Shown here in pieces: positions 1 through 12,308 of a stretch of 64,000 bases of DNA (its first letter is position 1; every line of letters starts with the position of its first letter). Location of the stretch: assembly GCF_036321535.1 (NCBI RefSeq), contig NC_087438.1, positions 9,798,001-9,862,000 on the forward strand. Direction: 5' to 3'. The position numbers were made by a program, and so were the translations under genes. The notes beneath the pieces were generated by a model that searched no databases, was not told the origin of the DNA, and saw only the letters and a program-made list of their open reading frames with translations. The stretch comes from Camelus dromedarius. Lineage: Eukaryota.

Positions 1-741
1 TACACCAGCCATGTTTGTTTGCTTGCTTCTCCCCAAGAAGGAAGAGGCCAGTTGGGAACAATGAGACCACATCGCTTATTTCTGCCTACCTTTAAAACAA
101 ATTTTTCATCTGAAAGATACTTTTAATATTAAGTTATTTCCCCTAAATTCTGCATCCCCACTCCCATGTGGCCAAATGAAAAAATGGCCAGCTCCTCCCC
201 TCCTGGCTTTTGCTTTTGGGAATCTCCCTTTGGGGGACTGGGAAATGGGAGGGAAAGGAACAAAGGTCTGAAAGCACAGGAAAGACATGCAGACTTTCCC
301 TCCGAGCCTGGCTGGAGGAGTGTGCAGAAATCCTTGGTTTCTGTGAATAGGGCTCCAGCCCTCTCTCTCCTAGCATCCCAGAGGGTGACTAGCTGTCCAG
401 AGTCCCTAAGGAAGTGGGCCCCACCCAAAGGCACTGCCCTGTGCACAGAGCAGCAAGACACACACTCCTCTGAGAACTGCACATGCCTGGGTGGTGAGGT
501 GACCAGTGATGACTATGCACTATAGACTCGAGACCCTTCCCCTGCCACCCTGTATTCCATAAGCTGCTGGACTCTCCTGGAGCCTCATGGAGGGGGAAGA
601 AGCAACCAAAGGACGAAAGGTCAAGTTCACTCCAACACATTGGGGGCAGGAGGGTGCACAGCCAGATTTTGTTTTCTTAATGAAAAATACGTGACATTTG
701 TTGGGCGTGGGACAGTCCCTCTGGTGCCGGAGGACAGCCAC

Positions 742-879
742 CTGCTTTTCGGTCATGGCCTGCTCATACTCGGCCTGCACCACATCCAGCTCTGCTTGCT
801 TGTCGTCCAGCTCGGCCTGGGCCTTCTGCAGATCCTGCATGGCCAGCAAGTAGCGATTCTCCTGCACCACCAGGTTGGC
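742..879 (-). CDS. DNAH5: DNAH5 exon ~61, stalk CC2
   Basis: 138 nt; [46 protein letters not shown]; acceptor CAG, donor CAG|GTGGCT. Confidence 0.95.
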
Positions 880-1030
880 CTGCACGGGACACACACAAGG
901 TGAAGGGATGGGCAACAGACCAAACATCGGCAGGTTAGAGTCTGAGAACTCAGCAAGGTCACGTGTTATACCTTTCCTCTGCTCCACCCCTGGAGTCTTC
1001 CCCAATTGCATTAAGTCAAGACCAAATCTT

Positions 1031-1703
1031 TTCTTTTTTAATTGAAGTATAGTCAGTTTACAATGTTGTGTCAATTTCTGGTGCACAGCATAGTGTTTCA
1101 ATTATACATAATCTTTTTTATTATAGGTTACTACAAGATATTGAATATAGTTCCCTGTGCTACACAGTATAAACTAGTTGTTTATCTATTTCATATAGAG
1201 TAGTTAGTATCTGCAAATCTCTAATTCCCAATTTATCCCTCCTGACCCGCTTCCCTTCCTGGTAATCATGTTTGTTTTCTACACCTGTGAGTCTGTTTCT
1301 GTTTTGTAAATAAGTTCATTTGGTTTTTTTTTTAGAGTCCACATATAAGTCATATTATATGGTATTTTTCTTTCTCTTTCTGGCTTACTTCACTTAGAAA
1401 AACAATCTCCAGATCTATCCATGTTGCTGCAAATGGCATTATTTTATTCTTTTTGTGGCTGAATAGTATTCCATTGTAAAAATATACCACAGCTTCTTTA
1501 TCCAGTCATCTGCCAATGGACATTGAGGTTGTTTCCATGTCTTGGCTATTGTAAATAATGCCACAATGAACACTGGGGTACTGTATCTTTTCAAAAAATA
1601 GTTCCCTCCAGATATATGCCCAGGAGTGGGCTTACTGGATCATATTGTAAGTCTATGCTTAGTTTTTTGAGGAATCTCTATACTATTTTCCATAAGGCTG
1701 CAG
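1031..1703 (-). mobile_element. 5'-truncated LINE-1 3' end, lineage-specific (camelid-type) family
   Basis: T-tail followed by attgaagtatagtcagtttacaatg and L1 3' motifs in antisense; direct repeat caaatctt at 1023-1030 and 1704-1711; related copies at 23129, 30559 and 17500. Confidence 0.88.
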
Positions 1704-1764
1704 CAAATCTTAATGGGAACTTGACATAAATATATGTGAGCAGAAAATTATAATTCATTAGAAT

Positions 1765-1938
1765 AGAAGTTAGCAAAATGTTTCCATCAAGTGTCAGATA
1801 GTAAATATATTAGTCTTTGGGGGCCAAGAGGCAAAATGAAGACTATTGCTTAGGCACTTATTTTAAAATTTCATGAGCCATACAAATACAGGTGGTGGCT
1901 TAGATTTGGCCTGTGGGCCAGAGTTTGCCTGTCTCTAG
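1765..1938 (+). mobile_element. MER58-like hAT-Charlie MITE
   Basis: cagatagtaaatatattagtcttt near the start and caggtggtggcttagatttggcctgtgggccagagtttgcc at the end match the recalled MER58 termini. Confidence 0.7.
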
Positions 1939-2380
1939 ATCAGAACATTATAATATTAAATGCATAAGGCAAATTGCAGAACATTGTAATATTGAGTTGT
2001 AGGGGGAAAAAAACTGAGTATTTAGAACCATCTGCCTAGCAGGACCCATCAGTGTTGATGAGGCTGTTAAAACAAAGGATGAAACAGAATTAATCACTGA
2101 ATTTAAAGATGCAGGTTTTGTGGGTAGTTGTGATCTGGATGTCACTCTTGTAATTTTCATATATTGCTTGCCTTCCAGAAAAGAATTAATACTTGAGCTG
2201 TGACCAGATAAAAACATTCATTTTAAGGAAGCTACTAAATTAGACTCAAAAGGCATAAAAGTAATATTGGAAAAAGATAGAGTGTAGAAAATAGTCCATG
2301 CTGGCAGGAATTTAAATCCTTTTGAAAAAAAATTTTGAAATCATAGTTCTCCCTTTTCAAGTCTTTAAAATGTTAAAATT

Positions 2381-3130
2381 AACCCTCCTACACTGCTGGT
2401 GGGAATGCAGTTTGGTGCAGCCACTGTGGAAAACAGTATGGAGATTCCTCAAAAGACTAGGAATAGACTTACCATTTGACCCAGGAATCCCGCTCCTGGG
2501 CATATACCCAGAAGGAACCCTACTTCAAAAAGACACCTGCACTCCAATGTTCATAGCAGCACTATTTACAATAGCCAAGACATGGAAACAGCCTAAATGT
2601 CCATCAACAGATGACTGGATAAAGAAGCTGTGGTATATTTATACAACGGAATACTAGTCAGCCATAAAAACCAACAACATAACGCCATTTGCAGCAAACT
2701 GGATGCTCCTGGAGAATGTCATTCTAAGTGAAGTAAGTCAGAAAGAGAAAGAAAAATACCATATGAGATTGCTCATATGTGGAATCTAAAAAAAGAACAT
2801 AAATACAAAGCAGAAACAGGCTCAAGAACATAGAATACAAACTTGTGGTTGCCAAGGGGAAGGTGGGTGGGAAGGGATATACTGAGAGTTCAAAATTTGT
2901 AGATACTGACAGGCATATGTAGAATAGATAAACAAGATTATACTGTACAGCACAGGGAAATATATACAAGATCTTGTGGTAGCTCACAGTGAAAAAAAAT
3001 GAGACAATGAATATATGTATGTTCATGTATAACTGAAAAATTGTGCTCTACACTGGAATTTGAAATAACATTGTAAAATGACTATAACTCAATAAAAGAT
3101 GTTTTAAAAAAAAGAAAAAGAAAAAACAAA
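2381..3130 (+). mobile_element. Young 5'-truncated LINE-1 (ORF2 C-terminus + 3'UTR + poly-A)
   Basis: ORF 2322-2657 reads [21 protein letters not shown]...CTPMFIAALFTIAKTWKQPKCP, the L1 ORF2p C-terminal domain; AATAAA and A-tail; 14-bp TSD aaaa(t/c)gttaaaatt at 2367-2380 and 3131-3144 behind TT|AAAA. Confidence 0.95.
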
Positions 3131-3629
3131 AAAACGTTAAAATTGACTTTAATAGGGAGACCCACTACTAGAGCCATATTTTTTCTGAAGTGTTTGAGAC
3201 AAAAAGATTTATCTTAAAAATATTCTTTAGAGATAAATTTTTTCCTATCTGATAATCTCAGGTTCCCAAATTTTGGCAGAATAATTCTTGAAAGGAAAAT
3301 CAGAGTTCCGGAACTGACTAGAACTGATGACAGCAAAAGAGTGGCTTAAAAATGACAGATTATGAAGAATCTGTCTCCTGGAACATTTGCTCCAAGCAGC
3401 ATCTGTTGCCTTGGCTCAAACAGAGAAGGAAAGCAAGGCCACTGCGTCAACTTACTAAGGTGACCCGCTGAGTCAAACTATCACAGCCCCAAAGATTTTG
3501 AATATTTTCTAGGACTTTACTCAGGAAAAAAAAATACTAATTTTAAATGAAGCTCTCAAAAGTTACCAACAGAAAAGCATAAAATCTTTAAAGTCCAACT
3601 GCTCACCTTAGGAGCTGGAGGAATCTTTT

Positions 3630-3694
3630 AAAATTACTTAAACTCTGTGAGCTTCAGTATCTCCATTAAGATATTGAAAAACTACATCCTAGGA

Positions 3695-3736
<42 letters not shown>

Positions 3737-3830
3737 TGTGTGTGTTAAATACGATAACATATGTGAAATCCCAAGTCTGGGACCTGGCATATAACAAATT
3801 TGATAAATAATATTGCCATTGTTATTAACT
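3630..3830 (+). mobile_element. MIR SINE relic interrupted by (TG)n
   Basis: Core-like ttacttaaactctgtgagcttcagtatctcc and 3' part acatatgtgaaa...cctggcatata. Confidence 0.6.
3697..3745. repeat. (TG)~24 microsatellite with one TA interruption
   Basis: Directly visible. Confidence 0.97.
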
Positions 3831-5687
3831 GTATTCAATATTTAAAGCTCCACTCCTGTAACATTCCGTTTATATGAACTGATATTTACTGGTTTTCACA
3901 GAGTTTCCAAGAAGAAGTCTCAGTAGAATGAAACTGAATAGAATCTAAATTGTTACTCTTGCAATTAATATTTAAGTTTATTCACTTCCAGAAGTCACTT
4001 GGCCCTTCTGTAGGAATTGTAAGATGACAGAGAACTGCCCCCTCACTGTCTCCATGACTAACTAGCATAGGAGAGGTTCTGACTGGGTTTAAGGTGTGTC
4101 CTTAACCTCTCTTTACTTGGGAAGTGGGAGATTGTAAGTGAAGTCCCTCCAGGAATAAGTGAAGTTAGAGGCCTTGGCCTGTGTTTCCTAATACACTGAG
4201 CAGAATTTCCCAATGATAACCTGCACTAGTGTTGCCCTCTGCTTATCCCTACGCAGGGAACGTGTAGCATCCATGTAAGTACGTTTATTTTTCTGACTGC
4301 CAATAGGAGGGACCTGACAAACTGAACGTTCCCAGATGCTGGATGCTCCCAAGAACACAGGAAGGCACGCCCTGGACAGGCTTCTCAGAAAAGAAGCATA
4401 CTTCCAGCCACGAGTAGAAGATTCCCCTCCTGATGGTGCTCTCTCCACTTCCCACGGTAAAAGCTAGGTTGTCCTGGGACTGGGCGGAGCCTGAAACATA
4501 CTGAACACAGGCGAGGAGGTATCTTTGTCCTTACATAAGACTTGTCAGAACATCCATTATTTTGTACTGATTTCAGCTCATTTTACTTAAAGTTACTTCT
4601 ACAAAGTAAATACTCCCCACTGTGAATTCTGCATAATTCCTTTAAAGACACTTATATAAGCTTGCCCGGAAAAATTTGCAAAGGATGCCCATCCTTTTCA
4701 TTGCATGTGGTGGTTATAATTCAGTCAATATCAGAATGTGCAATTGTGAGCTAGGCTGGAGTCTTCAATGGTCCCAAAATCCATCATGTCAGACAGCATG
4801 ACATCAGTTATTTGCTCTAAAAATCTCTGAGCCAAGTGAGTCTCCTCTCTTTTGAGTTGCTCTAGGACCCCAAGGGCCTCCACAACTGAATACACGGCCC
4901 TGCTACGGTAACCATGAGAAAATAAAATGGGACCTGTAACTCTAGCCCTAAATTCTTTCTATTCTTGATTATTTTTAGCATGACTATTAAGTTCCAAGGG
5001 TTTAGAAGTGTAAATGGACTTTAATTGATGGTTGAGAGAGTGGACTCATACAAAAGCAAAATAATCAACTAAGCCATAAGGTGTGATTTTTGAGGCATCA
5101 GGGTTTCATTTTCAAAACACGTACTTGCCTCTCCAGCTGCTAAAGACTGAGTGTCACTGAATGGTGGAAGGATGTGGACACATGTGAAGCTTAGAAATGT
5201 AACTATTTAAAGGGCAACACTGACATATTCTCAAATTACATTAAATATCCAATGATACTCAATTCCTTTCCTGAGGGACAAAGGAGGATCTCCCTACAGT
5301 CAAGATCAGCCACCAGCAACTGTGTGTCAACCTGCCTCCTTCCCCGGATTCCCCAGCAGGAGATCTTAGACATTATTGGTGGATCCTATGCTACAGTTTT
5401 CTATGTTTCTTTTTTTCAAGTTGACAGTGGGGGAAAAAAAATGTCCAGCAGCCTCACAATGGACTTAGGATCTTTGTAGGGAGTTTATGCTTAAGGCTCA
5501 TGCAATTCCGACTGGAGGAGAATCACAGAGGAGAAACATCCTGTGCCTGGCTTATCACCAGCTCTCCCTGTGGACTTGGGTGTAACAGCAGAAGCTGAAG
5601 GCCCCGGTGCTGAATGAAAAGAGAAGCCCAGGTGACCTAGAGACCCCTGGCCGGCACACATCAAGCAGCTCCCCCAAGGAGGCTTAC

Positions 5688-5867
5688 CTTCAGAGGCAAC
5701 ACCTCTCTGTTTATAGAAAAGAAGGAAGCCATGGCCTTGGTCCAGGAACAAAGACCTGCGACGTTCCCACACACACGTTTAGCTGTCTCGATGTTGTAGT
5801 CTGCCATTTCAAAGTAGGGATTCAGAAATTCTATCACTTCTTCATTGATCGTGTCTTTTGGGAATTG
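5688..5867 (-). CDS. DNAH5: DNAH5 exon ~60, MTBD to start of CC2
   Basis: 180 nt; [60 protein letters not shown]; donor AAG|GTAAGC. Confidence 0.96.
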
Positions 5868-7074
5868 CTATGGAAAAATGGAGTAAAACAAAGTCAGAAT
5901 ACTTCTTGCCATATGCTCACAATGCCATTGAAACCATTAAAAAATAAGAATGAATGAATGACATCTTATTTTGTCAATATTTCAAAATATTAGACAAAAG
6001 TCATATATATTTCGACACATATAAACATACATACATTTAGCATTATGTATAAAGCAAATATATAAAGCATATATATTTAGCATCAACCAAATGCTTGCTT
6101 AATACATGCAGACAGAGGTTCTAGTAAACTTACCTAAAATGTGAGGATTATAAAATAAGTTGGACATGAGGCCTTGAGGGTGATGAATTCATTTTTAATC
6201 ATAGAACTATCAAGATTATGAGAGAACTGTTCTCTTCTGGAGGGATAACATTTTCAAATGCTTGAAATAAATTCAAAATGATAGTTTTTCTCTCCTGTGA
6301 ATTTTCACTATTGAAATTATTAAAGGAACACTAAACTTTCAAAAAATAATAAAAAATAAAAATAGTAGCAGAAACAGATTAAGAATACCTTCCAGCATCA
6401 AAAGAGAAGACTGACCAAACAATAAAACTGGACCTTTTAAAAGTGGTGTTTGATCATCTAAATGAGGGTGATTAAATGTTTTCCAAGTAGAAAGAAGTTT
6501 AGCACCTAAATAATTCAGAGAAAAAAGCCTTCACTACATACATAGAGTGAAATATACTCTCGTTCAGTTCTCATTTAATGCAAGTTTCTCTTATGAGATT
6601 TAAAAAATAGTGAAGCCAGAAAAATACCTGGGAGCATAGAAGGGTGGTGGTGACAAAAGGCAACTAGCAAGGTAGCTCCTAAGAGCAGTGGCTCTGTACC
6701 AGGTATATATAAGGCAAGTACAATTCCACTGTCACATTTTTCAGTGAACACTTTTTGAGCCACCCCCCCCCACCCTGATCCTGCCGTCACCACTGACACT
6801 CCACACTCTCACAATCAGATGAATCACCACCTCCTCTCCACTCAGATAGCACGTTATTCCTTCATGGTGGCACCTGCGTCCTGGAGTCTCATATTTTAGT
6901 TATCTGAGACAAATCTGTATGGCCTATTGGTTTCATAAGCTTCTTGTTGTAGCTGCTCTAAGGGGCTTCACAAGATGCTCTGGCCATAGCATCCACATGG
7001 GCAATGGTGAATTTAAAACTGAATGACAGATAGCGCTAGGAAGTTGGGTGGGTGTTGCCAATTCATTGTCTCAA

Positions 7075-8585
7075 GATCCAAATATGAAAGCTAGAACAAT
7101 AAAATTTCTAGAAGAAAACACAGAAGCATTTATTCTGCCTTAGAGACGGGCAAAGATTTCCTAAACAGAACACAGAAGGCACTATTAAGGAATATAGTGA
7201 TAAACTGGACCATACTAAACTCAAGAACATTTGCTTATCAAAAGACATTATTAATGGAATGAACAACTAAAGCAAAAAGAGGGAGAAAATATTTGCAAAC
7301 ATATAAATGACAAATTACTCATATTTTATATATAAAGAAATTCTACAAAGTAATAAATAATTTAAATGGACAAGAGACCTGGACAGGCACTCAACAAAAG
7401 AATTCCCAAGGGGCTCATAAGCTGATGAAAAGATTCTCAACATCATTAGTTATTAGGAAAATGCAAACTAAGCCCACAGTAATGAGACACTACTACAAAC
7501 CCCTCAGAAGAGCTAAAAGTAGAAAATGGTCAAGATGTGGAGCAACTTATACACTGTCGGTGGGTGTGGAAACCGATACGACAACTTGTGAAAACTCTCT
7601 GGCACTATCTACTCAGGCTCATTAAATGTATAACCTAAGACCCAGAAATTCCACTCCTGAGTACAGAGCCAATAGAAATGCAAATATGCCCACTAAATGA
7701 CCAGTATTCACCGTAGCTTTATTTCTATTAGCCCCAAACTAGTAACAACTCAAAAATCCATCAACAGTACAATGCACAAACACATTAAAGCAAATTACAG
7801 CAGTTCACACTGGTGCTGACTCATATAAGCTCATGAGAAATGATTGTTCAATTTTCTGAAACTTCGCAAACTGGTTGCTAAACACAGCCATTATTAACAA
7901 TTAAATTACACAAACTTACAATTAAATAAGCGTTATTTTAAACAAAAATAATGTACAGGAAAATTTGCCACTTCCTAATTACTGCATTTTACTATCTATG
8001 TTTTTGAGATCATTTACATTTATATGGCAGAAATATCTTATAACAGCATCCTACTACGTACCACTTCTCAATTCTACATTCGGCAACAGCATTCTAGTAG
8101 TCTGAAATCAGCCACTGTGGGGATATTTATACCATGAAAATTGGCAAACACTCCAAGTCAGAGCTTTTTCTTTTTTCTCCCCAGAGAACTAGTTGCTAAA
8201 TAGCTGTCACATACTACTGCATTACTCATAGATTGAAAAGCTATATAGCAATGAAAAAAGAATGAACTACTGTCCTGTGCAACAATAAGAAGGAATCTCA
8301 CAGACATGCTGAATAAAAGAGGTCAAAACAAAAGATTTTTATGACATGATGTCATATATGTAAATTTCAAAACAGGCAAAACTAATTTTCAGGATAAAGG
8401 TCAGAATAATGGTTATTCTAGGGGAGATTATGTGTTGGGATACTAGAGATTTCTGGGGTCTGGAAGTGCAAATCTTGATGTCAGTGTTCATTAATAGGTT
8501 CATTAATGAATATGTAAATATTCATTCATCTCTACACTTAAAATTTGTGCATTTTATCATATGTAAATTATATCTCATAAAATTT
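7075..8585 (+). mobile_element. Old L1 (L1ME/L1MD-like) ORF2 end and 3'UTR, split by a MER63 insertion
   Basis: Degenerate L1 motifs (tctagaagaaaaca, atgaaaagattctcaacatcattag, gacccagaaattccactcctg) that resume after 8220. Confidence 0.8.
7801..8219 (+). mobile_element. MER63B-like hAT-Blackjack element
   Basis: ctggttgctaaacacagccattattaacaattaaattacacaaacttacaattaaataa matches recalled MER63; CAG...CTG termini; decayed 8-bp flanks aattacag/cattactc. Confidence 0.8.
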
Positions 8586-8837
8586 AAAAGATGCAAATCA
8601 ATACTCAAAAATTTACTATTGAGACTTGCAAAATATAAATATACGCATGTATTTGTACATACAATATACGCACACATTTTGGTTCCTTAATTTTTTTAAC
8701 TTTTACTAAAATATGTCACTGATGATGCTTTAATACACCTAAAATCTGTCAGGAAAAACTCTAATGCTTACAAGACCTCATATTTAAAGGAGAAAATTCT
8801 ACTCTGAAAAAATACATACATGTTTAAAATATGTACA

Positions 8838-9388
8838 GAGAATATTACTCAGGCTTAAAAAAGAAGGAAATTCTGCCACTTATGACAACATGGATAGACC
8901 TGGAGGGTATTATGCTATGTGAAATAAGTCAGACAGAGAAAGACAAATACTGCATGATCTCACTTATATGTGGAATCTAAAATACTCAAACTCATAGAAA
9001 CAGAGAGTAGAATGGGGGTAGCCTGGGATGAGGGGGAGGAGAAGGAAAGGGGAAGACATTGGTCAGGAGTACAAAGTATCAGTTATGCAAGATGAACAAA
9101 TAATGGGGACCTAATATACAGCAATGTGAGTATAATTAACAATATTGTATTGCATACTTGAAATTAGCTAGGAGGGTAGACCTTAAGTGTTCTCACCACA
9201 AAAAGGAAAAACAAAGAAAAAATGGTAACCATGTGAGGTGATAGATATTTAACTGGCTGTTCATTGGATTTAATGGATGGATTGTAGTGATTATTTCACA
9301 GTGAAAACATATATCAAAACATCAAGTTGTATACCTTAAATATATACAATTTTTATTTATCAATTATACCCCAGTAAAGATGAAAAAA
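8838..9388 (+). mobile_element. L1MA-type 3' end
   Basis: acaacatggatagacctggagggtattatgc...aaataagtcagacagagaaagacaaatactgc...gtagaccttaagtgttctcaccaca. Confidence 0.88.
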
Positions 9389-9509
9389 CTTAATAAGTAA
9401 AAATATGCATGTAGGGTAAATTATTTTTAGAAGCATATTCAATTAAAGGACCCAGATACTCTTATGAAATCTGAGTCCCCTCTTAGCCCATCATTACTAA
9501 ACTACCAAC

Positions 9510-9713
9510 CTGTAAATTCTGTAGAAAGTTTCCTGCCGTCATCAGTTTTAAAGATTCCTGCCAGGAAGGAATTGTACAGCTTTTTTCAAGATCAATTTTC
9601 ACAGCATTGACTTTCCTTTGAAACAGCAGCAACACACAATCCATGATCCTCATGATGAGATGAGGGGGTCGGCCCAGCGTGCGGACAGTGGCGATGTCTG
9701 AAGGCTTGATGGT
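9510..9713 (-). CDS. DNAH5: DNAH5 exon ~59, microtubule-binding domain
   Basis: 204 nt; [68 protein letters not shown]; donor CAG|GTTGGT. Confidence 0.96.
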
Positions 9714-9780
9714 CTGGGGGAGGAGAAAAGGTTATCATTCAATCTCAGACAAGAAACTGCAGACAAAAGAAACTTTGGAG

Positions 9781-9925
9781 TTGGTTTCTAATCACATAGT
9801 GCTGTGGTTGGAAAAGATGCTTGATACAATTTCATTTTTCTTAAATTTACTGAGGCTTTGTATAATTGAATCACTTTGCTATACACCTGAAACTAACACA
9901 GCATTGCAAATCAATTATACTTCAA
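9781..9925. mobile_element. Chimeric micro-L1: inverted ORF2 endonuclease fragment joined to a sense 3' tip
   Basis: Minus strand of 9781-9860 translates QSLSKFKKNEIVSSIFSNHSTM*LET; 9861-9925 is an L1 3' terminus (cacctgaaactaacacagcattgcaaatcaattatacttcaa). Confidence 0.75.
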
Positions 9926-11644
9926 CAGAGGAAAGCAAGCATCTTTAAGTTTGGTGCAGTCATGGGGGCTAGATGTATATTTAATCCCAAAGAAACACAT
10001 GCCCCACCAAAGTTCAGATTTTTACAGTTCCAGCTGACAGCGAGAGGAGAGACAGTGAGAGACATGTTGGTGAGAAGATAAGGAGCTGTGTCTTCTCTAA
10101 AATTGTACAGACCACTTAGTGTCAGAAAAAAGCTGTCATCTGAAAGGAAAAGAATCTTCAGCACTTAAGTAGATTCCAGGGATTCCAAGTCAGGAAAACT
10201 CCAGGATTTGCAGTGCTTTTTCACTCATTAGATACGTGGGTCGAGAATCTGCCTCTTTCTCTCTCAAGACCTGTCACCGCGGACTGACACTAGTGAGTAG
10301 CCTAGAGGCTGCCAGATTGAATAATTAGAGGTTTCTTAGTGGGGAATCGACCTTTAAATGATGGGTCTTGAGCCACAGGAATTTCACTAAGCTCTTAGAA
10401 GAGTTCTGTTCCATTTCTAGTACAGAGATTCTTACAGAGTAAATTATCTAATAGTTACCTAGACCCACTGTGGTTGATAATAACTGTTCTATCGCTTACA
10501 CTCTTTATGGAATTGGAAAAATATTAAAAAGAAGCATCTGCAACTGTCCTGTTTCTAAGACATCGTGCACACGCATCCCTTCTAGGTCTTGAAAACCTTC
10601 CATCTTATTTGCATTTACATTCCTCCTGCCAAAGGAAGGTACCCAACAACCTTCTCATCAAAGGTAATGACCTTTTCTCTGAGGACTGGAAAAAAAAAAA
10701 AAAAAAAAGAGGGAAAATCACAGAACGTGGTAATTAGGAATATAAGTACATACACTTGCCTTTGTGAAATCTAGACAGCTGGACGTGAAGGAGAATTTGT
10801 GCTAAAGAACTGGAAATGGCAGACAGATCTTTATTTGAGATGAGAAATATCGTTGCCGACAGAGAAGCAGGGTCAAAGTGAAGTGATATAAAAGAGCTGG
10901 ACATGCTTATTTCACTTCAGTTTTAAAAGGGGGAGTTTTCAAACAGAATTGGGCTCAATTAAGTTAGGTAGCCACGAAAAAGGAGATGAGGGGAGGAATA
11001 TATATGAAATTCAACCTATTTCAACTAAGTATTAGATTCCTATTTTTCCTTCAGGCAAAGCAGTATGACTATTATATATATATATTTTTGTGTCTAGTCA
11101 GATCAGCATTAAGACAGGAAGAGACATTCTTTGCTGTTATCTTATTTGTTGTTTAGATTTATGTAGCCTGATGCCAAAATGTTAGAGTTTAGATGCACCT
11201 GGAAATTTCCTCAGTATAAATTGGAAGTAGCAGATTTCAAAAGCTCACAAAGAGGCAATAAAATGGAGACAGAACATGAAGGAAATTATTGAAAACCTCC
11301 CTCACATGCCCCATCATCGTATTCCTGTTTCCACACATTTCTGCATTGATGATTACATAATGCTGAATATTTTAGTGGTAGAGAGTGCAAAATTAAGAGG
11401 ATACCGGAAAATGTTTCATAATGTCAAGATAGATGCCAAGCTTTTCAAATCTTGGTAAAATGTAGGCCTTTAAGACCTGAGATGCCATGTGCTCTATTCC
11501 TATGATGTTGTTAGGTGACATGTGTCCAATAAAGGTGTAGAAGTTTCTTCACACTGTCACTGTTTTCTCTGTTGATCAGAGACTTTCTGCTGATTAGAGA
11601 CTCTCTGTGAAGCCAGTGTCTTAAAAGGGGCAGGGGAGGATAAG

Positions 11645-12308
11645 GATCAGGATCTTGAAGAGATACCTGCACCGCCATGTTCCCTGCAGCATTACTCACA
11701 GTGGCCAAGATAGGGAAGCAACCTAAAAGTCCACTGATAGATGAATGGATAAAGAAAATGTGATGTCTACATACAATAGAATATCATTCAGCCTCAAAAA
11801 ATGGAAATTGCAATTTGCAACAACATGGTGGATCCGCCATGATGCTAAATGAAATAAGTCAGACAAATAAAGACAAATATTGCATGATCTCATTTATATA
11901 TGGAATCTAAAATAGACTCATAGACACAGGGAGGAGAGTGGTGGTTGCCAGGGGCTAGGGGGAAGGAGGAAGTGGGGAGGTGATGGTCAAAGGGCACAAA
12001 GTTTTAGTTATGCAAGATAAATAAATTCTAAAGATCTACTATACAGCATAGTGCCTATAGTTAACAATACTTCATTGTATAATTAAAATTTGTTAAGAAG
12101 GTAGAGCTTGTGTTAAGTGTTCTTACCACAGAAAAAAAATAGTAATAATAATAACAATAAAAGGAGAAGGAGGAAACTTTGGGAGGTGATGGACATATCT
12201 ATGGCCTTCATAGGTGAACACTTATCACCAAACTCACCAAGTTATATATATTAAATATGTCCAGCTTTTCATATGTCAATCATACCTTCATAAATTGGTT
12301 TTTAAAAA
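11645..12308 (+). mobile_element. L1MA10-like 3' end
   Basis: gcagcattactcacagtggccaagatagggaagcaacctaa...gatgaatggataaagaaaatgtg...ggaggaaactttgggaggtgatgga. Confidence 0.87.

Noticed and set aside
640..903. Antisense ORFs over exons (also 5607-5957, 48911-49174, 62833-63228)
   Set aside because: These are shadow frames of DNAH5 codons with no independent gene features.
520..1101. 193-aa ORF, the longest in the track
   Set aside because: It is exon ~61 read through into both flanking introns, starting inside an L1 tail.
2322..2657. Standalone 111-aa protein
   Set aside because: It is the C-terminal fragment of L1 ORF2p in a 5'-truncated copy with no promoter or true start.
4230..4280. Antisense 18-nt microexon-like pattern (cgcag|...|gtaagt on +)
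   Set aside because: It is a single motif pair with no partner exons or other support for an antisense transcript.
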